Assembly (NCBI GenBank): GCA_934446285.1
Contig: CAKSEI010000002.1
Location: forward strand, 1 to 47,075
Source: an uncultured Eubacteriales bacterium
GTDB taxonomy: Bacteria > Bacillota > Clostridia > Oscillospirales > CAG-272
DNA length: 47,075 nt
Direction: 5' to 3'
Both the position numbers and the translations under genes were made by a program. Each line of letters begins with the position of its first letter. Position 1 is the first letter of the stretch. Shown in pieces: positions 16,448-23,163 of this stretch. The notes under the pieces are model-generated. The model did not search any database, was not told where the DNA came from, and worked only from the letters and a program-made list of their open reading frames with translations.

Positions 16448-18712
16448 TTAAAGCTTGTTTCTCTGTATTTTGCCCGAGATGGTCTTGGGCAGCTCGTCGC
16501 GGAATACGACGATACGCGGATACTTGTAGGGAGCGGTATGGCTCTTTACATAATCCTGTATCTCTTTCTTAAGCTCCTCCGTTCCCTCGGTGCCCTTGGT
16601 AAGCACGATGCTCGCCTTGACGACCTGACCGCGTATCTCGTCGGGTGCGGCGGAGACTCCGCATTCAAGCACGTAGGGCAGCTCCATTATGACGTTCTCT
16701 ATCTCGAAAGGCCCTATGCGGTAGCCCGAGCTCTTTATAACGTCATCGACGCGTCCGACGTACCAGTAGTAGCCATCCTCATCCTTCCACGCAGTGTCGC
16801 CCGTGTGGTAGAGTCCGTCGTGCCATACCTCGGCGGTCTTTTCCGGCTGACCGTAGTAGCCCTTGAAGAGTCCGCAGGGAACTTTCTCCGAGGTGCGCAC
16901 GCATATCTCACCCGTCTCACCTACGGGCACGCTGTTGCCGTCGGGGTCGACTATATCTACGTCGTAGAGCGGAGAGGGCTTGCCCATTGAACCTATGCGC
17001 GGCGTGTCTCCGTAGAAGTTTCCTATCGTGAGGGTTGTCTCGGTCTGACCGAAGCCCTCCATTATCGTAAGTCCCGTCGCCTCGCGGAAGAGCCTGAACA
17101 CCTCGGGGTTGAGCGCTTCGCCCGCCGTCGTCATATGATGAATGCTTGAGAGGTCGTACTTTGATATATCCTCGCGGATGAGCATACGCAGCATGGTGGG
17201 CGGCGCACAGAAGGTCGTGATACCGTATTTCGCAAAGAGCGGCAGTATGTCATGCGCGTCAAAGCGGTTGAAGTCGTATACAAATACCGCGCCCTCGCAC
17301 ATCCACTGACCGTAGAATTTACCCCAAAGAGCTTTACCCCAGCCGGTATCGGATATGGTGAGATGAACGCCGTCGCGCTCGCAGCAGTGCCAGTATTTCG
17401 CGGTTAAGAAGTGACCGAGCGCATATTTGTGCGAATGGGCTGCAATCTTCGGATATCCCGTCGTGCCCGAGGTGAAGAACATGAGCGCGGTGTCGTCGCC
17501 GCATGCGCTGTCCTCCGTTCGCTCAAAGTGGCTCGAGAAGAGCGGGCACTCGGAGTGATAGTCGTGCCAGCCCTCGCGGTGTCCGCCGACGAGAACCTTT
17601 GTCAGAGTCTTTGCGAGATTCTTCTCCGCCTCCTCGACGCTCTCACACGCGCTGCCGTGAGATGAACATACGATAGCGGATACCCCGCCCGCTTCAAAGC
17701 GGTATTCGTAGTCGTGAGTGAGCAGCTGGTCTGTGGCGGGAATCGCAACCGCACCCAGTTTATGCAGGGCGAGCATACTCGTCCAGAATTCAAAGCGGCG
17801 GCGCAGCACGAGCATAACCCTGTCGCCCTTGCTTATACCGAGGCTCTTATAGTAGTTTGCCGTCTGATTTGACAGGCGCTTCATGTCGGAAAAGGTAAAT
17901 CTGCGCTCGTTTTTATCCTCGTCGAGATGAATCATTGCGAGCTTGTCGGGATAAGCATTTGCCACTGCGTCGACGGTATCGAAAGCAAAGTTGTATTTAT
18001 CCTCATTCTCAAAGGAAATGCCCGTGACCTTCCCGTCTGCGTCCTCCGTGCAGTGTACGAATTTCTCGCAGAGCAGACTGCTGCTCTCGCGTGCGCGCAC
18101 GAGGGTGCGGCTTATCTCCTCCTCGGGCGCTTCCTCACCCGTCAGGACAAGAGCGATGAATGTGCAGTCTCTGCCGTTGACGGCTATCATGCCGTGGGGC
18201 GTGCCCGAATCGTATATGATCGAGTCGCCCTCGTGCAGTACCTCGGTATGATCACCCACACGCACCTTCATAGAGCCGGAGAGTATATAGTCGAACTCCT
18301 GACCCGAATGGGTGTCGGTATGTATCGGCTTGTGCTGCTGCTCCTCGGAATATTCATATTTTACGAGATAAGGCTCGGCGAGCTTACCGCGAAAGCGGGG
18401 AGCAAGGTTTTTTATGAGTATCCCGTCGTCGTCGACCGTCGTCTGTCCCGCTCCTCCGCGCGTTACCTGATAGTGGCGCAGCATGGGGCTGCGCCCCTCG
18501 AGCAGCTCTATCATATCGACGTCAAAGGCGAGCGCGCAGTTATGTATGAAAGAGAACGGCAAATCGACCGTACCCGCCTCATATGCGCGGTATTCCTCAA
18601 GCGGAAAGCCCGCAGCCTCGGCTGCCTGCTCCTCGCTCATACCGAGAACTCCGCGCAGCTCTCTTATACGTGCGCTGACCTCGGTAAGCTTGGTTTCAAC
18701 ATTTGAATTCAT
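16448..18712 (-). CDS. Fusion protein: XRE-type HTH + cupin + AMP-forming medium-chain-type acyl-CoA synthetase (paralog 2)
   Basis: I chose the internal start at M41 of the listed ORF (MNSNVETKL..., GGAGGA RBS), because the upstream 40 codons overlap the T-box terminator. The architecture matches paralog 1: HTH MSEEQAAEAAGFPLEEYRAYEAG, cupin GQEFDYILSGSMKVRVG...GDSIIYDSGTPHGM, and AMP-binding motifs ALMFFTSGTTGYPK and YHTGDTAWKDEDGYYWYVGRVDDVIKSSGYRIGPFEIE. Confidence 0.88.
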   Translation of the reverse strand: MNSNVETKLTEVSARIRELRGVLGMSEEQAAEAAGFPLEEYRAYEAGTVDLPFSFIHNCALAFDVDMIELLEGRSPMLRHYQVTRGGAGQTTVDDDGILIKNLAPRFRGKLAEPYLVKYEYSEEQQHKPIHTDTHSGQEFDYILSGSMKVRVGDHTEVLHEGDSIIYDSGTPHGMIAVNGRDCTFIALVLTGEEAPEEEISRTLVRARESSSLLCEKFVHCTEDADGKVTGISFENEDKYNFAFDTVDAVANAYPDKLAMIHLDEDKNERRFTFSDMKRLSNQTANYYKSLGISKGDRVMLVLRRRFEFWTSMLALHKLGAVAIPATDQLLTHDYEYRFEAGGVSAIVCSSHGSACESVEEAEKNLAKTLTKVLVGGHREGWHDYHSECPLFSSHFERTEDSACGDDTALMFFTSGTTGYPKIAAHSHKYALGHFLTAKYWHCCERDGVHLTISDTGWGKALWGKFYGQWMCEGAVFVYDFNRFDAHDILPLFAKYGITTFCAPPTMLRMLIREDISKYDLSSIHHMTTAGEALNPEVFRLFREATGLTIMEGFGQTETTLTIGNFYGDTPRIGSMGKPSPLYDVDIVDPDGNSVPVGETGEICVRTSEKVPCGLFKGYYGQPEKTAEVWHDGLYHTGDTAWKDEDGYYWYVGRVDDVIKSSGYRIGPFEIENVIMELPYVLECGVSAAPDEIRGQVVKASIVLTKGTEGTEELKKEIQDYVKSHTAPYKYPRIVVFRDELPKTISGKIQRNKL

Positions 18713-18734
18713 AGCATCCTCCGTTTTTACGACG

Positions 18735-18990
18735 GGAAAAAACAAAAAATCCCGTCTCAAAATTTCTTTGAGACGGGATATATTCCCGCGGTACCACTCA
18801 AATTGCGCCATGCGCCACTCACGCTCAATCAAGCGTTATGCCTTTACGCGGCAGTCACGAAACCGACTACTGTGTTTCACCGGTTCAGCTCGGAAGGGAT
18901 GGGCTTCGGGATGGCTCTGCGTGCTCACACCGTCCGCACGCTCTCTGTAAGAGGTTATGTCCCCCGCCGTCTTCGTCACAGCTTTTATCA
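18735..18990 (-). promoter_or_regulatory. T-box riboswitch leader 2
   Basis: Reading the minus strand: K-turn AGC-UGU-GA-C-GAAG...CUUC-C-GA-GCU, AG bulge AGAGAG, distal loop GGACGGUGUGA and T-box core UUUGAGUGGUACCGCGGGA (plus 18785-18800). The terminator is CCCGUCUCAAAGAAAUUUUGAGACGGG plus AUUUUUUGUUUUUU. Confidence 0.88.
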
Positions 18991-18997
18991 TGTGCAG

Positions 18998-19026
18998 ATT
19001 ATATCACCGCACGTGGAGTTTGTCAA
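18998..19026 (-). promoter_or_regulatory. Sigma-A promoter for T-box 2
   Basis: On the minus strand: TTGACA (19026-19021), a 17-nt spacer and TATAAT (19003-18998). It lies 10 nt downstream of the dxs stop. Confidence 0.75.
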
Positions 19027-19035
19027 TAGCTTTTT

Positions 19036-20859
19036 TTAAAATTTTTCGCCTTTTTTCTCCCTTACCGTGCGCAGTATGCTTGACGCATCTATGCCGCACG
19101 TCTCGTAGTAGCTCCTGCCCTCTTCACCCTCGGCAAAGCCGTCTATAGCGAGCACGTCAGGGTCTTTGTCGCGGAAAAATTCGCTCAGCACCATTCCCGC
19201 GCCGCCCTCGCGTACTCCCTCCTCGACAAAGACAAGCCGCCTAACGCCCTCGGGCAGCAGAGAGCGTATTCCGCGCGCGCATTCGGCATACGGCGAGAGC
19301 TTCTCAAGGAGAATAACACCGAAGTCCTCTTCTCTGCGCGCAGCCTCGACCTCGCGGACTATCCTGCCGTAGGTTATCACGGCGCAAGTGCAGTCCCGAG
19401 GCAGGTAATATCTCATGTTCTTACCGCGCAGATAACCCTGCGGCACGAACTCTCCGCAGTTCGGGTAGCGTATCACGTTAACCCCGTGGGAGCAGCAGAC
19501 GGTGTCCATTGCCTCTCTTAGGAAGTCAAAGTCGGCGGGTGCGTATATCGCCACGCCCGGTACCGTATTTAAGAGCGCGACGTCGTATATTCCGTGGTGG
19601 GTCGCCCCGTCCCCGCAGGCGAGCGCCGCTCTGTCTACGCACAGCGTCACGTCAAGGCCCTGCAGCGCCGCGTCGTGCAGTATATTGTCATATGCTCTCT
19701 GAAGAAATGTCGAATATACGGCGAAAAACGGCTTCATGCCGTCTGCGGCAAGCCCCGCGGCAAAGGTGACGGCGTGTCCCTCGGCAATACCCACGTCAAA
19801 GAAACGGTCGGGAAATCTCTTTCTGAAAGGAATTAACCCCGTGCCGTCCGCCATGGCGGCGGTTATTGCGCAGATATTGCCGTGCTCCTCCGCCATATCG
19901 CAGAGATGCAGCCCCATCTGCTCGGAGAAATTGTCTATCGCCGGGCTGCCCGCGGCGGGTATGCCGTGAAAGAGCGCCGGGTGCTCCTCGGCGGGAGCAT
20001 AGCCCATGCCCTTTTTCGTCTTTACGTGTACGAGCGTCGCCTGACCCGTGAGCTTTGCCTCACGCAGTATTCTCTCAAGCTTTACCGTGTCGTTCCCGTC
20101 GACGGGTCCGAGATAGGTAAGCCCTAACTGCTCGAAATAATTCGCGCCGTATACGGCGTTTTTCACTATTCTTTTTATAAAAGAAACCCCGTTATAAAGC
20201 TTCTTTCCCACGTACGGGATATGTAAGAGAAAGCTCGCTATCTGCCTTTTTGCCTTATAATAGCTCTTTGACGCGCGCAGTCTGTTCATCTGCCGCGCGA
20301 AAGCACCCGTATTGCGCGAGATTGACATTTCGTTTTCGTTCAGGATTATTACGAGATTGAGCTTCTTCTTACAGTTGTTGAGCGCCTCGTGTACAAGCCC
20401 GCCCGTATACGCGCCGTCGCCAACCACCGCGACGGTAAAAGCGTCCGAGCCTCTCAGCCTGTCCGCCTCGGCAAAGCCGAGTGCCGCCGACACGGATGTG
20501 GAGGCATGTCCCGCACCGAAAGGGTCGTGCTCGCTCTCCGAGCGCTTGGTAAAGCCGGAAAGTCCGCCCGGCGTGCGCAGAGTGCCGAAAAGCTCTCTGC
20601 GCCCCGTGAGCAGCTTGTGCACGTAGCTCTGATGTCCGACGTCAAAAATTATATGGTCGCGCGGAGAGTCGAAAACACGGTGCACGGCGAGGGTAAGCTC
20701 GACCGCGCCGAGATTGGATGCGAGATGTCCGCCGGTACGAGAGACGCTGCGGCAGAGATAATCGCGTATCTCGTCCGCAAGCGGCAAAAGGCTCTCCTGC
20801 GGGAGAGCCTTAAGATCGTCAGGTGAATTTACATGCGGTAATAATTTATATTCCATCAA
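19036..20859 (-). CDS. dxs: 1-deoxy-D-xylulose-5-phosphate synthase
   Basis: RTGGHLASNLGAVELTLAVHRVFDSPRDHIIFDVGHQSYVHKLLTGRR, the TPP motif VVGDGAYTGG and FDVGIAEGHAVTFAAGLA. Confidence 0.93.
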   Translation of the reverse strand: MMEYKLLPHVNSPDDLKALPQESLLPLADEIRDYLCRSVSRTGGHLASNLGAVELTLAVHRVFDSPRDHIIFDVGHQSYVHKLLTGRRELFGTLRTPGGLSGFTKRSESEHDPFGAGHASTSVSAALGFAEADRLRGSDAFTVAVVGDGAYTGGLVHEALNNCKKKLNLVIILNENEMSISRNTGAFARQMNRLRASKSYYKAKRQIASFLLHIPYVGKKLYNGVSFIKRIVKNAVYGANYFEQLGLTYLGPVDGNDTVKLERILREAKLTGQATLVHVKTKKGMGYAPAEEHPALFHGIPAAGSPAIDNFSEQMGLHLCDMAEEHGNICAITAAMADGTGLIPFRKRFPDRFFDVGIAEGHAVTFAAGLAADGMKPFFAVYSTFLQRAYDNILHDAALQGLDVTLCVDRAALACGDGATHHGIYDVALLNTVPGVAIYAPADFDFLREAMDTVCCSHGVNVIRYPNCGEFVPQGYLRGKNMRYYLPRDCTCAVITYGRIVREVEAARREEDFGVILLEKLSPYAECARGIRSLLPEGVRRLVFVEEGVREGGAGMVLSEFFRDKDPDVLAIDGFAEGEEGRSYYETCGIDASSILRTVREKKGEKF

Positions 20860-21353
20860 AGCTTAGATTTTATCTCTCGTATGCCGCGTTCTATCGCACA
20901 CAGCACGAAGGCGCACGAAAGCGAGAAAGCAACACCTACCGCGCCGAAGATTATGCACAGCAGCTGCGACATGACAGCTCCTCTGAAATACCACCACGCA
21001 CCGACAAAAGCAAGCACCATAAAGACAAATGATAATATCATCGAGGACACGGTAAGTACGGTCGTCCATACGGGAGCTTTTTCGACGGGGGACTGCGGCC
21101 TCTCAAGGGCGTGTCTTAACTCGTCAATGGTTATCGCCTGCTGCTTCGGCTGCGCCTTCGCTGTCTGCGGCGCGCGCCCGGCTGTGCTCTGCGGCTTTTC
21201 ATTTTCGCTCTGCTTAGTCTGAGTCGGGTGCATACCGGGAGCCTCGTGACGCGGCGTCATGGGCGCGGATTTTTTCGCACCGGGCGCTGAGGGTATGCTC
21301 GAGAAGAGCGCGTCTATGGGGTTGTCCGTCTTGTTCCTGTTTTCTTCAGCCAT
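20856..21353 (-). CDS. Hypothetical membrane protein (disordered N-terminus, two C-terminal TM helices)
   Basis: I chose the internal start at M25 (MAEENRNK, GAGGT RBS). A Pro/Gln/Ala/Lys-rich segment is followed by WTTVLTVSSMILSFVFMVLAFVGAWWY and LLCIIFGAVGVAFSLSCAFVLCAI. The stop overlaps the dxs start (ATGA). Confidence 0.55.
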   Translation of the reverse strand: MAEENRNKTDNPIDALFSSIPSAPGAKKSAPMTPRHEAPGMHPTQTKQSENEKPQSTAGRAPQTAKAQPKQQAITIDELRHALERPQSPVEKAPVWTTVLTVSSMILSFVFMVLAFVGAWWYFRGAVMSQLLCIIFGAVGVAFSLSCAFVLCAIERGIREIKSKL

Positions 21354-21438
21354 TTTTCTACCTCGCTTTCCTATATTATATAGGATTTGCCCGCCCGTGT
21401 CAACTGATTTGATAAAATACGGCAAATTTCGGGCGCAT

Positions 21439-22338
21439 CTATCCGAAGAGTTTTTTCAGTACGGTCAGGTTTTCTTCCATTGCTTTTATATAATCGGCGT
21501 TCTGCGGGTCGCTCACCTGCTGCATGGAGTCAAGGGTCAGCACCTGCGCCTGCACCCCCGCCGATGAGATGACCGTATCGGCAAGCCCTCTGTCGCCCGT
21601 CTCGGTTATCACGACGTAATTGAGTCCGCGCACGCGCAGCGCATCGGCAAGAGCCTTTACCGTCTCAAAGCTCGCCTCGCTCTCGGCGGAACAGCCGTCG
21701 AAGGCGGCGATATACTCTATATCGTAATCGCGCGCAAGGTAGGCAAAGGGAAAACGGTCGGCGACAACGGCGAATTTGCCGTCCTTGCCGTCGAGCGCCG
21801 CCCGATACTGCCCGTCGAGACTTTCGAGGCGCTGCGCGTAGTTTTCCGTCTTTTCCTTTATCTCATCGCGTTTCTCGGGTATTATTTCGCACATTTTATC
21901 CGCAAGGGCAAGGGCAGCGGCGCGCATTTCGCGCGGCGACATCCAGAAGTGCTCGTCGACCTCTTCTCCGTGCTCTCCGTGTTCCTCACCCTCATCATGC
22001 TCTACTATACCGTTTACCTTTTCGGAGAGGACGATCATATCGAAATTCCCCGCCTGCGCTGCGTCATGACACCATTCCTCCGACTCTCCGCCGACGCATA
22101 CGGCAAGCTCACACGAGTAGAGAGAGGCGAGCGCCTGCGCGTCAGGCTCGTATGAGTGCGGGTCTGCCCCGTCCGAGAGCAGCGTGACTGCAGTGCCCTG
22201 CGGCGCGATATTTCTCGCGAGGTCATATGCGGCGAACGCCGTGCAGACGATTCCGCTTTTTTTCTCTACGTCCTTTGCGCACGAAAAGAGCGCCGCCGCG
22301 AGCAATGCGGCGAGGACAAAACAAAGTATTTTCTTCAT
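21439..22338 (-). CDS. Metal (Zn/Mn-type) ABC transporter substrate-binding lipoprotein, ZnuA/TroA-like
   Basis: The lipobox is LFSC. DPHSYEP and EHFW are metal-ligand motifs, and the acidic/His-rich loop HDEGEEHGEHGEEVDEH is typical of ZnuA. No cognate permease or ATPase gene is adjacent. Confidence 0.8.
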   Translation of the reverse strand: MKKILCFVLAALLAAALFSCAKDVEKKSGIVCTAFAAYDLARNIAPQGTAVTLLSDGADPHSYEPDAQALASLYSCELAVCVGGESEEWCHDAAQAGNFDMIVLSEKVNGIVEHDEGEEHGEHGEEVDEHFWMSPREMRAAALALADKMCEIIPEKRDEIKEKTENYAQRLESLDGQYRAALDGKDGKFAVVADRFPFAYLARDYDIEYIAAFDGCSAESEASFETVKALADALRVRGLNYVVITETGDRGLADTVISSAGVQAQVLTLDSMQQVSDPQNADYIKAMEENLTVLKKLFG

Positions 22339-22483
22339 TATTGTATTCTCCTACCCTTTATTATACCGCACAAAGCCGCTTTGTCAAGCAGATTGCGTTT
22401 ATTTTTTGCCTGTGTGCTTTACAAAAGACTTTTATTGTGATAAAATTTTACCGTAAGCAATATACTTTTTGTGAGGAAAAAAT

Positions 22484-22936
22484 ATGAAGTGCCCTACCTG
22501 CGGATATGCAGACAGCAAAGTGATAGATTCCCGTCCGACCGAGGAGGGGTCGATAAGGAGACGGCGCGAGTGTCTCTCATGCAAGCGCCGTTTCACCACG
22601 TATGAGATAATCGATACCGTGCCGATAACCGTCACGAAAAAGGACGGCAGCGAAGAGATTTTCGACAAAAATAAAATATATACCGGTATAGTCAAGAGCT
22701 GCTACAAGCGCCCGATAACCCGCGAGCAGATAGACGCGCTCGTAGGCGATGTCGAGCAGGATATAAAGGCACGGCTCACGGGTACGGTAAGCTCGACGGA
22801 GATAGGCAATATGGTTATGGAAAAGCTGCGCACGCTCGACGAGGTGTCATACGTCCGCTTTGCCTCGATTTACCGCGAATTCAAGGATGTGGAGACCTTT
22901 ATGAACGAAATTAACAAGCTGAGGAACGACAAGTAA
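22484..22936 (+). CDS. nrdR: Transcriptional repressor NrdR
   Basis: MKCPTCGYADSKVIDSRPTEEGSIRRRRECLSCKRRFTTYE (zinc ribbon) followed by an ATP-cone. Confidence 0.95.
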   Translation: MKCPTCGYADSKVIDSRPTEEGSIRRRRECLSCKRRFTTYEIIDTVPITVTKKDGSEEIFDKNKIYTGIVKSCYKRPITREQIDALVGDVEQDIKARLTGTVSSTEIGNMVMEKLRTLDEVSYVRFASIYREFKDVETFMNEINKLRNDK

Positions 22937-23163
22937 TGACATTGGCAGAGCTTGCTCCCGGGAAAAAGGGAAAAATACTGCGGGTAGGCGGCGAAGGTGC
23001 ACTTCGCTTCCACCTGCTGGATATGGGGCTTATCCCCCGAACGGAAATTACGGTAACAAAAATAGCGCCTATGGGAGATCCGTTGGAGCTGCGGCTGCGC
23101 GGCTATGAGCTTACCATCAGGCTTGACGACGCGAAAGAAATAGAAATAGAGGAAATCCCGTGA
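22936..23163 (+). CDS. feoA: Ferrous iron transport protein A
   Basis: A 75-aa SH3-like FeoA pattern (L..L..G..G.I..V......R..L.DMGL.P...I.V....P.GDP). The start overlaps the nrdR stop (TAATG). Confidence 0.88.
   Translation: MTLAELAPGKKGKILRVGGEGALRFHLLDMGLIPRTEITVTKIAPMGDPLELRLRGYELTIRLDDAKEIEIEEIP

Noticed and set aside
19027-19060. The A/T palindrome aaaattttaaaa upstream of the T-box 2 promoter, considered as an XRE operator.
   Set aside because: It overlaps the dxs stop region, is low-complexity, and has no counterpart upstream of T-box 1.
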